Below are positions 50,973 to 61,369 of a stretch of DNA of 64,000 bases, piece after piece. A program made the position numbers and the translations under genes. The notes beneath the pieces were generated by a model, which was not told the origin of the DNA, did no database searches, and saw only the letters and a program-made list of their open reading frames with translations. This stretch comes from Thermoleophilia bacterium (lineage in GTDB: Bacteria; Actinomycetota; Thermoleophilia; UBA2241), in assembly GCA_040776965.1 (NCBI GenBank), contig JAXGZO010000001.1:593419-657418 (forward strand). The letters are read 5' to 3'. The first letter of the stretch is position 1. Every line of letters begins with the position of its first letter.

Positions 50973-51344
50973 TCAGGTCTTGATCAGGTAGTCGTCGACG
51001 GGGGAGCCGCCCACGAGGTGGGTTTCGACGATAGCGTGGACCTTAGCTTTGTCGAGGAGGCCGTAGCGATACGTGGTGCCGTCGGCCATCGTGATAGTCG
51101 CCATCGGCTCCTGCTCGCAGAGGCCGGCGCAGCCGCTCTGATGGAGGCTTACCGAGGAGGCGTCGGCGGCGGCGAGCTCGGTTATAAAGGTGGCGACGAT
51201 CTCGCGTGCGCCGGCCGCGATGCCGCACGTGCCCATGTGCACGGTCACCTGAACGTCTTTGCGGCCACCCCGTAGATCGATGTCGGCTTTTGCCTTTTCG
51301 GCGAGTGCCCTGAGCTGCTCGGGGCTCGTGATTTTATCGGCCAT
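50973..51344 (-). CDS. Small thioredoxin-like [2Fe-2S] ferredoxin (HndB-like hydrogenase subunit)
   Basis: 123-aa protein with four Cys (CGIAAG...CAGLCEQEP) in a hydrogenase operon context. Confidence 0.7.
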   Translation of the reverse strand: MADKITSPEQLRALAEKAKADIDLRGGRKDVQVTVHMGTCGIAAGAREIVATFITELAAADASSVSLHQSGCAGLCEQEPMATITMADGTTYRYGLLDKAKVHAIVETHLVGGSPVDDYLIKT

Positions 51345-51346
51345 GG

Positions 51347-51883
51347 TTACGCGCTCCTTTCGGCCGGGGTCGCCACGTCGGTGTACTGAGCGATGATCTC
51401 GTTAACTCGCTTTGGCTTGACGCGGTGGTGGACGTCCTCGTCGACCATGATGACCGGCGCGAGGCCGCAGGCGCCGAAGCAGCGGCCGATCTCAAGGGAG
51501 AACTCGAGATCGTCGGTTGTGCCGCCAACGTCGATGCCGAGGTCTTTTTTAAAGGCCTCGAGGACGGCGACGCCGCCCCTTACGTAGCACGCCGTGCCGA
51601 GGCAGATGCGGATGAGGTGCTTGCCGCGGGGCACCGTAGTGAAGAATGAGTAGAAGCCGACGACGCCGGCGACCTCGCTGTACGGTTTGCGGAGCTTCTT
51701 GGCGATGTGCTTGAGGGCGACCTCCGGCAGGTAGCCGAAGATACCCTGGGCGAGCTGCAGCACGGGGATGAGTGCTCCCGGCTTGTCACGATACTCGTCG
51801 ATGACCGCGTCGAGTCGTGCCAGGAGCTCCTCCTCGGTGAGCTCTTCGGCGCAGCACGCGCACGATTTCACCTGTTCAGTCAT
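51347..51883 (-). CDS. hydC: NuoE-like [2Fe-2S] subunit of the hydrogenase (HydC/HndA)
   Basis: Signature CLGTACYVRGG...CFGACGLAPV. Confidence 0.9.
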   Translation of the reverse strand: MTEQVKSCACCAEELTEEELLARLDAVIDEYRDKPGALIPVLQLAQGIFGYLPEVALKHIAKKLRKPYSEVAGVVGFYSFFTTVPRGKHLIRICLGTACYVRGGVAVLEAFKKDLGIDVGGTTDDLEFSLEIGRCFGACGLAPVIMVDEDVHHRVKPKRVNEIIAQYTDVATPAERSA

Positions 51884-51933
51884 TCGCTCTTCCTCCCTGT
51901 CGTCTGCTGGGGCCGCTTGCGGGGATCGGTGTG

Positions 51934-52428
51934 TTAGGGCAGCGCTTGCTGGTAGGCGACGAGTGCCGGGAGCTTGGCGGGCAGCTCGCTGCTACGCAGG
52001 CTCGTCAGCTCGTCGTCGTTGCGGAGTGAGATGCGGAACTCCACCTCGGGGTGAGTGGCCACCACGACGAGAAGGCTGGTGGCCACATCGCCGAGCGGTG
52101 GACGGTCGACGTTGTTAAGGCTCATATGGACGCGCACGGATGCACCGCCGAGCTCCTCGGAGCGGCCGAGTGCGAGTCCGCCACCGCTCGCCTCGGCCGC
52201 TTGTCGAAAGAGGCTGAGGCCGAGGCCGGTTTTTTTGGTCGGTTTCGTCGTGAAGAAGGGGTTGAGGGCCTCGCTGGGCTGCACCGGAAGGCCCGGCCCG
52301 TTGTCGTCGATAGCCATAGTGAGGCTGTCGCTGGCGTGATCGGCCGCGATGTCGACGGCGATGATCGTCGCTCCGGCGCGGAGCGAGTTCTCGAGAATAT
52401 CGAGGAGGTAGAGCGAGAGATCATGCAT
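51934..52428 (-). CDS. Stand-alone histidine-kinase-like ATPase (HATPase_c) protein
   Basis: N-box/G-box-like DDNGPGLP and GLGLS motifs. No HisKA/DHp domain or phospho-acceptor His region. Confidence 0.75.
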   Translation of the reverse strand: MHDLSLYLLDILENSLRAGATIIAVDIAADHASDSLTMAIDDNGPGLPVQPSEALNPFFTTKPTKKTGLGLSLFRQAAEASGGGLALGRSEELGGASVRVHMSLNNVDRPPLGDVATSLLVVVATHPEVEFRISLRNDDELTSLRSSELPAKLPALVAYQQALP

Positions 52429-53161
52429 CGTCGACGCTCCTGCCGTGCTCGCCGCGCAGTGCGGCGGCGAGCTCCGTGAACGACGGATTGGCCACGTGCA
52501 GGGTGGTGCGTACGGCGCCGATATCGCTGAGGTAATGAGCGTCTGATGAGTGCAGGATCGGCAGGCCGTGGATGCGGAACTCCTCCTCGGCGGGGGAGCC
52601 GGGCGCGATGTGGCGGGAGAGCTCTACGGCGTCGAAGCCCGCGTCTGTTGGGAAGAAGCCGAGCTGGCCGATGGCGCCGAACGTTTTGCGGTCGATATGC
52701 GCGGCGACCGCGAGGCCGCTGTGACGGTGGATGAGCGCTGCCGTGTCGTTGATGTCGAGGAGGGTGGCCATCGCGAGGGCCTTCTCCTCTGTGGCGAGGA
52801 GCTCGCCGGCGGCGCTGAGGACCGACTGGGTGCCGAAGAACGCCTCGTAGCCGTCGTCGACGGGCGGTAGCGACGCCCCCGCCTCCGCGGCCGCCGCCTC
52901 CGCCGCCTCCGCGGTGGGGAAGAGGCCGACGACGTGGCACTCCTCGGCCGAGGTGATCTCCATGCCGGCGAGCACGACGAGGTAGTCGCCGGCCGCCTCT
53001 TGCACGGCAGCGACGTTGCGCGCACTGTTGTGGTCGCAGATCGCGATCATCCCGAGGCCTTCAGCCAGCGCTCGCTCGACGATAGCCGCCGGGGTCATAC
53101 TCTCGTCCGCGCAGGGTGAGAGCGCCGTGTGAATATGGAGATCGGCGAAACAGTGGTTCAC
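52421..53161 (-). CDS. PHP-domain protein (hydrogenase-operon associated)
   Basis: Motifs DLHIHTALSPC, ICDHN and HSSDAHY. Confidence 0.8.
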   Translation of the reverse strand: MNHCFADLHIHTALSPCADESMTPAAIVERALAEGLGMIAICDHNSARNVAAVQEAAGDYLVVLAGMEITSAEECHVVGLFPTAEAAEAAAAEAGASLPPVDDGYEAFFGTQSVLSAAGELLATEEKALAMATLLDINDTAALIHRHSGLAVAAHIDRKTFGAIGQLGFFPTDAGFDAVELSRHIAPGSPAEEEFRIHGLPILHSSDAHYLSDIGAVRTTLHVANPSFTELAAALRGEHGRSVDDA

Positions 53162-53508
53162 ACATGGCTTCCTTTGACGCCGAGTTCGTAGAGGCGGCCG
53201 ACGGTGGTGAACGTATCGCAGGGTGAGATGTAGAGCTTAATACCTACGGAGCGCGCCTTAGCGACGACGTCGTCTTCCGGCTGGCGGCCGCTCGCGAAGA
53301 CGACGGCCGCGAGGTTGGCGTGGCTGGCCACCGCGATCACGTTGAGGTGCACCTGCAAGGTGACGAGGACGCCACCCTTGGGGCCGTGGGCGAGGACGTC
53401 GCTTAAGAGGTCGGAGGCGTAACCCTGCGTGATCTCGGCGTCGCCGCCGGCGAGCTCCGGGGTGAGCTCCGTGAGGGTCAGTTCGTTGGCGAGGTACTCG
53501 AGATTCAT
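53158..53508 (-). CDS. DRTGG-domain protein
   Basis: 116-aa protein in a hydrogenase operon context, consistent with the DRTGG family. The assignment is by pattern only. Confidence 0.6.
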   Translation of the reverse strand: MNLEYLANELTLTELTPELAGGDAEITQGYASDLLSDVLAHGPKGGVLVTLQVHLNVIAVASHANLAAVVFASGRQPEDDVVAKARSVGIKLYISPCDTFTTVGRLYELGVKGSHV

Positions 53509-54266
53509 AGGGGGATCTCCTTTAGGGGACGCTCCAGCGCCGAGCAGACCTCATAGTTCTCGCAGAGATCGAGTGCGTTGAGGGACTCGAGTGCGACGGC
53601 GTTCTCTCCGTCGTCGTCGACGTGGGAGAAGAAGACGGCGGACTCGAGCGCGGCGATGATATCGATGTACTCGACGAAGATGTCGTCGGGAAGGTGGAGG
53701 GGGATGGGCGAGAAACTCACGATGCTCTTAATGCCGGCGCCGACGAGCGCCTCTGCGGCGCTCTGCGCCGCCGATGCCGGAAGCGCTAGGACCGCTGTCT
53801 CAATGCCCGAGTCGTGCACGACCTCCTCGAGCGCGGAGGTGTGGAAGCAGGGGCAGCCGTGGAGAGAGGAGCCGACAACCGCCGGGTTGGTGTCGAAGGC
53901 GGCGGTGATAGACGCGGAGGAGAGCGTCGTTGAGGCGTGTGCGAGGATAGCCCGCCCGAGGTTGCCGACGCCGACCAACGCGATACGGTGCTGCTGCTCG
54001 TCGTCGAGGAACGCGCTCATGCTCGTGATGCACGCGGCGACGCCGTACCCCTTGCTGGGGCTGCCCGAATACCCGATAACCATGAGGTCGCGACGGACCT
54101 GAGCCGCGCTCACCGCCGCGTGCCGCGCGAGCTCGTGGGAGTAAACATGGGCGGTGCCTTCCTCGCGGAGGGCGAGCAAGATGCGGCGGTAGCGACTTAT
54201 GCGAGAAACAGTCTTTCTGGATACCACCGCAGCTCCTGAATCGGCGAGGGGATCGCAAGAGAGCAC
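53505..54266 (-). CDS. rex: Redox-sensing transcriptional repressor Rex (start possibly at an internal GTG giving VVSRKTVSRISRY...)
   Basis: Winged-helix N-terminus (SRYRRILLAL) and NADH-binding Rossmann (IALVGVGNLGRAI). Confidence 0.85.
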   Translation of the reverse strand: MLSCDPLADSGAAVVSRKTVSRISRYRRILLALREEGTAHVYSHELARHAAVSAAQVRRDLMVIGYSGSPSKGYGVAACITSMSAFLDDEQQHRIALVGVGNLGRAILAHASTTLSSASITAAFDTNPAVVGSSLHGCPCFHTSALEEVVHDSGIETAVLALPASAAQSAAEALVGAGIKSIVSFSPIPLHLPDDIFVEYIDIIAALESAVFFSHVDDDGENAVALESLNALDLCENYEVCSALERPLKEIPL

Positions 54267-54270
54267 ACGC

Positions 54271-54286
54271 TGTGAAATTCATCACG
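54271..54286 (+). promoter_or_regulatory. Candidate Rex operator half-palindrome TGTGAAATTCATCACG just upstream of rex
   Basis: Matches 10 of 12 defined positions of TGTGAA-N4-TTCACA. Confidence 0.3.
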
Positions 54287-54349
54287 ATTATCGCTGTCGC
54301 GCTCTCGTGGTGTCAAATGCGGGCGTTGCCTTTTCGAGCGGTACAATGA

Positions 54350-55771
<1,422 letters not shown>

Positions 55772-55800
55772 CCCGCCTCGGGGCGTGCTACACTCGGCCG

Positions 55801-56232
55801 ATGGATACCGCAGCTCTCCAGAGCGCTCGCTTCTCCACGTACCTTCGTGTGCGGTACGCCGAGACCGACACGGCCGGTGTTGTCTATTACGCCAACTACC
55901 TCACGTACTTCGAGGTCGCCCGCGTCGAGCTGCTCCGGGCGCTCGGGCGGCCCATCACGGCCATCGAGCAGGAGGGGATCCTGCTCCCGGTGGTGGAGGC
56001 GCGCGCTCAGTACCTTCGGCCCGCGCGCCTCGACGACCAGCTCGAGGTCTCGCTAGCCCTCGCCTCCCTCGGCCGGGCATCCTTCGCCTTCGACTACGAG
56101 ATCCGTCGCGACGAGCTCCTTTTAACGACGGGCTGGACGCGGCTCGCCGCCTGCGCGCGCACCACGGGCCGCGCCGTGCCCCTGCCGCCATGGCTACGCG
56201 AGCTCTTGGCCGGATTCGGGGGTCTCGCGTGA
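55801..56232 (+). CDS. Acyl-CoA thioesterase (YbgC/4HBT hotdog family)
   Basis: Hotdog-fold pattern (VRYAETDTAGVVYYANYLTYFEVAR). Confidence 0.85.
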   Translation: MDTAALQSARFSTYLRVRYAETDTAGVVYYANYLTYFEVARVELLRALGRPITAIEQEGILLPVVEARAQYLRPARLDDQLEVSLALASLGRASFAFDYEIRRDELLLTTGWTRLAACARTTGRAVPLPPWLRELLAGFGGLA

Positions 56233-57173
56233 CCGAGCCCCTGAATCCGAACTCCTCCACCCAGTCTTGCTATCGGCACCCCGGTCGCGCTACCGGGGTC
56301 TCCTGCGTGCGCTGCGGGCGCCCCATCTGCCACGAGTGCATGGTGCCGGCTCACGTGGGCTTTTGGTGCCCTGACTGCGTGGGGCAGCAGCGGTCGTCGA
56401 CCACGGGCTCGGGGGCGCGGCGGACTCGCGTCTTCACGCGTCAGGAGATCACCGCTCGGTGGGCGGGGGGCGGCTCGCTGCGTCGCCCGCTGATCACGCT
56501 CATCCTCCTCGGCATCAACGTCGCCGTCTTCGTGCTCGAGCTCCTCACCGGCGCCGTCGGGCTCCTGGGCGGGGGCTCCAGTCGTATGCTCTACAACCTC
56601 GGTGCTCTGTACTTGCCGAGTGTGCTGATCGACCATGAGTACTGGCGCATGTTCACGGCGGCGTTTCTCCACGGGGGCCTGCTCCATCTCCTCTTCAATA
56701 TGTGGGCGCTCTGGGTGCTCGGCGAGTACCTGGAGGCGGCCGTGGGGCGCGTTCGCTTTCTCGCGCTCTACTTACTCTCTGCGTTCGCGGGCTCTACGCT
56801 GGTGTTGTTCGCGGCGCCGGTTAATTCGCTCGTAGTGGGGGCGTCTGGTGCTATCTTCGGCCTCTTCGGTGCACTTGCCGTTCACGCCTACCTCAATCGC
56901 AACCGCGACCCGCAGTCGCGCGCCATCCTCACGAACGTCGCGTTTGTGCTGGTCATCAACCTTGTCTTCACCTTCATGGGCAGCATGATCTCCTGGCAGG
57001 CGCACGTCGGCGGGCTTATCGCCGGCGCTGTGCTCATGTACGCCCTCATGCTCGGCGGTCGTCGCCACCTGCGCGACGAGCTGGGTAGAGCCGACCTCGT
57101 GGTTCTCCTCTTCGCAGCTATCAGCCTCTCTGCGCTGACCTATTGGCATGTTGCCACTTTTGCGCTGCAGTAG
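56229..57173 (+). CDS. Rhomboid-family intramembrane serine protease with N-terminal zinc-ribbon
   Basis: GTG at 56229 overlaps the thioesterase stop. Has CxxC...CxxC at the N-terminus, the catalytic GASGAIFG and a downstream His (AHV), and the WRxxT/HxxxxHLxxN rhomboid motifs. Confidence 0.85.
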   Translation: MTEPLNPNSSTQSCYRHPGRATGVSCVRCGRPICHECMVPAHVGFWCPDCVGQQRSSTTGSGARRTRVFTRQEITARWAGGGSLRRPLITLILLGINVAVFVLELLTGAVGLLGGGSSRMLYNLGALYLPSVLIDHEYWRMFTAAFLHGGLLHLLFNMWALWVLGEYLEAAVGRVRFLALYLLSAFAGSTLVLFAAPVNSLVVGASGAIFGLFGALAVHAYLNRNRDPQSRAILTNVAFVLVINLVFTFMGSMISWQAHVGGLIAGAVLMYALMLGGRRHLRDELGRADLVVLLFAAISLSALTYWHVATFALQ

Positions 57174-57345
57174 GTATCGGGTCGCTTTCGGGTTCCTTCT
57201 CCCTCTCCGCTGGGTACTCTCCGCTTTGTTGGCTCGTATCTCTCCCGTCTCCTCGCTTGCTGCGCCTCCTTCTGCGCGACTCGGGGAGTTCTCGCAGCTC
57301 CAAGTTATGCTTCCTTAAGGGACTATCTTCTGTGAGAGGTAACAG

Positions 57346-58632
57346 ATGAAAGTAAATATGGAAAAAAATACCATTAGAAAATACCATCGAATTGAATTAC
57401 CAGCAAAAGTAAGAATAAATGAAAAATGGCATAATGTAAAAGATTGGTCTCTTGGTGGATTCATGGTAATGGATGTCACCGATGTTTTTGAAAAAGAGAT
57501 AAATTATGACGTAAAGCTTCTATTGCCATTTGATAGCGTAGAGATAGTAGTAGATGTTACAGCTAAAGTAGCTTGGTCGAGAAATGACAGAGCTGGGTTT
57601 TCTTTTGTAAACCTTAGCTCGAAAGCTAAGAATATACTAAAGACTTATCTAAAGGATAGCATAGAGGGAAATCTAGGTGAAATAGACGGTGTTTTAGCGT
57701 ATGTAGATGCACAAGAAATACCACTCCCTATAGAAACTCCAATGACCTCTAATGAAGAGATAGATTTTCAGAGGTCGTTCTATAAAAGAAGCATTCGCTA
57801 CATTATTATAGCATTGGCAGTAGTTGCAATTGCACTAATTATTGTGTTCTCAACTATGACAAGAGCGACAAGTTTAAGGGCAGTAGTATCATCAGCAAAA
57901 GTCAACGTAGATGCTCCATTTGATGGAATGGTAACAAATATATATGTTAAAAGTGGAGACTCTGTAAAAAAGAATCAAATTTTAGCCATATTAGATAATG
58001 GTGATATAAAGAGAAGCGTGGAAACACAGCGATATGCGGTTTTAGCTTCAGAGAAAGAGCTACATGAAGCAAAAGCATTACTAAGAATGGCTAAAAATGG
58101 TAAGTATGTATACAGTAAATATTCTGCAAGCGCAAGTTTATCAATTCTTAATTCAGAAGTTGGAGTTAAGGCTCAGAAGCTCAATGAGGAAAAATCTAGA
58201 TTACGAGAGCTTCTCAGTGAGCTCGACAAGGCAAATCTACGGAGTCCTTGTGATGGCTTTGTTTATGTCTGTAAGCCCTCTATAGGATCAAGCGTTCGCA
58301 AATACGATCAATTCTTTATACTCCAGCCTAACGAAAATGCAAATATGTACATACTTGCTCGATTTACATTTGACGCAGCTAAGGGTATTTCACCTGGAAG
58401 TACAGCAGATGTATTTATTCCATCGCTGGGTAAAAGAGTAAAGGGAACGGTTCGATCTATGGGAACCCAGGCACTTGGTGGCGCAGAGGGATCTCTTGAT
58501 TTAGAGATAAGCACACAAGAGGTTCCAGTTGCTATTGTATTGAATGACAATAGTTTGAATTTGAAAAGTGGTATCTCAGCAATAGTAGATGTAAGAACTC
58601 CAATTAAAGCAAGGTTAAAGCGCATACTGTGA
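57346..58632 (+). CDS. PilZ domain - TM - HlyD-like membrane-fusion-protein fusion (Alg44-like c-di-GMP-binding co-polymerase architecture)
   Basis: PilZ motifs R(K)xxxR (IRKYHR) and D/NxSxGG (DWSLGG). Single TM. Biotin-lipoyl-like MFP hairpins (DAPFDGMVTNIYVKSGDSV; SPCDGFVYV). Coding sequence is ~35% GC. Confidence 0.8.
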   Translation: MKVNMEKNTIRKYHRIELPAKVRINEKWHNVKDWSLGGFMVMDVTDVFEKEINYDVKLLLPFDSVEIVVDVTAKVAWSRNDRAGFSFVNLSSKAKNILKTYLKDSIEGNLGEIDGVLAYVDAQEIPLPIETPMTSNEEIDFQRSFYKRSIRYIIIALAVVAIALIIVFSTMTRATSLRAVVSSAKVNVDAPFDGMVTNIYVKSGDSVKKNQILAILDNGDIKRSVETQRYAVLASEKELHEAKALLRMAKNGKYVYSKYSASASLSILNSEVGVKAQKLNEEKSRLRELLSELDKANLRSPCDGFVYVCKPSIGSSVRKYDQFFILQPNENANMYILARFTFDAAKGISPGSTADVFIPSLGKRVKGTVRSMGTQALGGAEGSLDLEISTQEVPVAIVLNDNSLNLKSGISAIVDVRTPIKARLKRIL

Positions 58633-61352
58633 GAAAAGTTTACTGCGAATCAACTCCTAGAATATTAACGACAAAAGACGCCGTTCTAAAGTCTCTTAGA
58701 GTTACTATTCTTTATATAGCTGTTATTGCCATCTTTCTCTCTCTTATACCAGAGGAAGCTTGGTATATAAAAGGGCATAGTGGGTTGATCGTTATAGGTG
58801 TGTTCGGAATATGGCGATACTCATGGCAAGTTATTCATATTATCAGAATGCTCATTTACCGCATGAAGAGATTCCCTGTCATGCGAGAAGAGGCATGCAG
58901 GCTAGAGGATAAATATCCAAAAAGACTCTATTTCGTTATTCCATCATACTTTGAGATGCCTGAGATAGTTTTAAAGGTATTCAAATCAATTATGGATGAG
59001 TGCTCTTCTTTGCCATGCGAAATGATTTCAATAATCATGAGTGTTGGATCGCAAGAAGAAGTAAATCATATAAATAAATTTGCAATAGAGAACTACGATC
59101 TAAGAAATGTGAAAATCACGTTCATGATCCAAAAATCAGGCAAGAGAATTGCAATGGGTCATGCTCTAAGGGCTGTATCAAGGGATTTCAATAGAGTATC
59201 TCAATGGGATGAGAGCAACAAAGATGATCTAGTTGTAATGATGGATGGTGATGCAGTATTAGTGAGTGGAATACTTGAGAAAACTCTACCATTATTTAAA
59301 ATAAAACCAAATCTTGGCGTTGTTACTCCAAATAACATAGCGCTCTCAATACATCCCGATAGCATATTTCAAATCTGGTATCAGCTGAAATTTATGCAGA
59401 GAAATCATACATTTCAGTCACATAGTTTGTCGAAGAGAATTCTGACAACTACCGGAAGATTTTGTGTTTATCGTGCCCCAATTGTCGTTGATAATGAGTT
59501 TATTAAGTTCGTTGAAACAGACCATATCGATCATTGGATATTCGGGCGATTCAGGTTCCTTATGGGCGATGATAAAAGTACATGGTTTTATTGCCTAAAA
59601 GAGGGATATGAAATGCTCTATATCCCTGATGCTCATGTGCTATCAATTGAAGAGCGATCTAAGGGATTTTTTAAAACATCCATATCTCTTATGAAGAGAT
59701 GGTATGGTAATACATTAAGAAATAATAAAAGAGCAATTATGCTCGGTCCAAAAAAGATGGGATTTTTTATATGGTGGTGTCTAGTTGATCAAAGATTGAC
59801 AACATGGACACCACTTGTTGGTCTTGTAAGCTCGATAATGTTATCGATATTTATTTCTCCATATTATTTTATGTTCTATATGATTTGGGTTTTGATAACA
59901 AGACTTTTGATGTCATGGGTTTATGTTCTGCAAGGAATGCGTCTGAGGGTAGAACATATTATTATTATGATATATGTACAATGGGTTGGCTCAATTGTAA
60001 AGCTAATAACAATGTATAATTTAAAAAAGCAGTCATGGGATAAGGGAGAAAGTAGTGATTCAATTTATGAAGAATTACACGGTATCTTTCCTGTTTTCCA
60101 AAAATCCATTAGACATATGATGGTTGGGTTGAATATATTTATACTATTTATCTTTTGTGGACTATCGACGCACGCTCTTTCCGTTCCGCCACTGGCATTT
60201 TTTAAGGATTTTTTCACAATACAAGCAGCGGAGAGGCCGTCTTCTAGGGTGATAAATGCTGCTGAATTCGGAGCAGTAGGGAATGATTCAGTAGCTGACG
60301 ATGTGGCAATAAATAAAGCCATAAGATCGGTAAGCAGCGATGCGCAAACTACACTACAGTTGCCATCTGGAAGGCTTATACTTAATGCTCCAATACGTGT
60401 AAATAAAAGTAATATAACTATCGCCGGCGATAAAAATTCATCCACGATACTAGACTCTCATTTCTCCATAAAAGAAGGATCATCAGCAATAGTAGTTAGC
60501 GGAGATAAAGGTGCTAGTATCGGAAGTCTATCTGTCGACGCGAAAAAAAATGACGAAGTACTCCTGATAGATCCTCGATATAAATCTGAGAGTACATATA
60601 AAAATGCAGAGTATATATGGATCGGAACTCCAAATACAAAAGAATTTCTCGATAAAATAGGATCAAAAGAGTGGAATAGAGAATATCCGTGGCTTCGACA
60701 GACGATCGTTCAATCATATAGCATAAGCAAGGATGCTATTAAAATACTTAAACCGCTATCTTTTGACATGCCAGAAAAAGCAGAAATTTACGCTCCAAAT
60801 ATTATTAGAGGAATTACTATTAAGGATTTATCATTAACGCAAGCTGTTCCGAATATGAAAACTCAGCAAGCGAAGTCACAGTACAGAGATCTTGCATCAA
60901 AATATGCAGTTAACGGAATAAGCTTTGAGTGGGCTGCTCATTCAGCTGTTGAGAATGTTACTATTGACTACGCAGGGAGAAATCCAATATCGCTGGAGAA
61001 TTCGTACTCTGTAAATATGAAGAATCTCCACATCGATGGATCGTGGAATAAGGGAAAAGACGGTAACGGGTACGTGAGGTTTTCTCGTTCTTATTACTGC
61101 TCGATAGCTGATAGTGAGATAAAGGATATAAGACACCTGGTATTTCAGTGGAGCTCTTCTCATAATACCGTTGAGCATTGCAAGATATACGTCGATGTCA
61201 ATTTCCACGGCGGATTCAGCCACGATAACCTCGTTACCGGATGCACTATCAGCCCGCCGGACTCTCATCCCTGGGGTAGGGTCACTCGGATGAAGAAGGG
61301 CGGGTCGCACTGGGCCCCGGCGGACGGTGAGGGCAACGTGGTGAGGCGGTAG
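58629..61352 (+). CDS. Membrane GT2-family polysaccharide synthase fused to a C-terminal right-handed beta-helix (polysaccharide lyase/epimerase-like) domain
   Basis: GT2 core (DxD-like DGD, QRLTTW resembling QxxRW) flanked by TM helices. The C-terminal ~380 aa shows beta-helix repeat character (NxTIxG, VxNxTI). GTG overlaps the upstream stop. The gene is low-GC except for the last ~150 nt. Confidence 0.75.
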   Translation: MRKVYCESTPRILTTKDAVLKSLRVTILYIAVIAIFLSLIPEEAWYIKGHSGLIVIGVFGIWRYSWQVIHIIRMLIYRMKRFPVMREEACRLEDKYPKRLYFVIPSYFEMPEIVLKVFKSIMDECSSLPCEMISIIMSVGSQEEVNHINKFAIENYDLRNVKITFMIQKSGKRIAMGHALRAVSRDFNRVSQWDESNKDDLVVMMDGDAVLVSGILEKTLPLFKIKPNLGVVTPNNIALSIHPDSIFQIWYQLKFMQRNHTFQSHSLSKRILTTTGRFCVYRAPIVVDNEFIKFVETDHIDHWIFGRFRFLMGDDKSTWFYCLKEGYEMLYIPDAHVLSIEERSKGFFKTSISLMKRWYGNTLRNNKRAIMLGPKKMGFFIWWCLVDQRLTTWTPLVGLVSSIMLSIFISPYYFMFYMIWVLITRLLMSWVYVLQGMRLRVEHIIIMIYVQWVGSIVKLITMYNLKKQSWDKGESSDSIYEELHGIFPVFQKSIRHMMVGLNIFILFIFCGLSTHALSVPPLAFFKDFFTIQAAERPSSRVINAAEFGAVGNDSVADDVAINKAIRSVSSDAQTTLQLPSGRLILNAPIRVNKSNITIAGDKNSSTILDSHFSIKEGSSAIVVSGDKGASIGSLSVDAKKNDEVLLIDPRYKSESTYKNAEYIWIGTPNTKEFLDKIGSKEWNREYPWLRQTIVQSYSISKDAIKILKPLSFDMPEKAEIYAPNIIRGITIKDLSLTQAVPNMKTQQAKSQYRDLASKYAVNGISFEWAAHSAVENVTIDYAGRNPISLENSYSVNMKNLHIDGSWNKGKDGNGYVRFSRSYYCSIADSEIKDIRHLVFQWSSSHNTVEHCKIYVDVNFHGGFSHDNLVTGCTISPPDSHPWGRVTRMKKGGSHWAPADGEGNVVRR

Positions 61353-61369
61353 CTGGTTCGGAGGGCGAT

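Noticed and set aside
44801-50983. Long plus-strand ORFs (44801..45994, 46359..47924, 48080..50983) antisense to hydG, hydA and hydB
   Set aside because: The minus-strand genes carry the radical-SAM, H-cluster and NuoF motifs. The antisense ORFs have no motifs and an extreme Ala/Gly/Arg/Asp composition.
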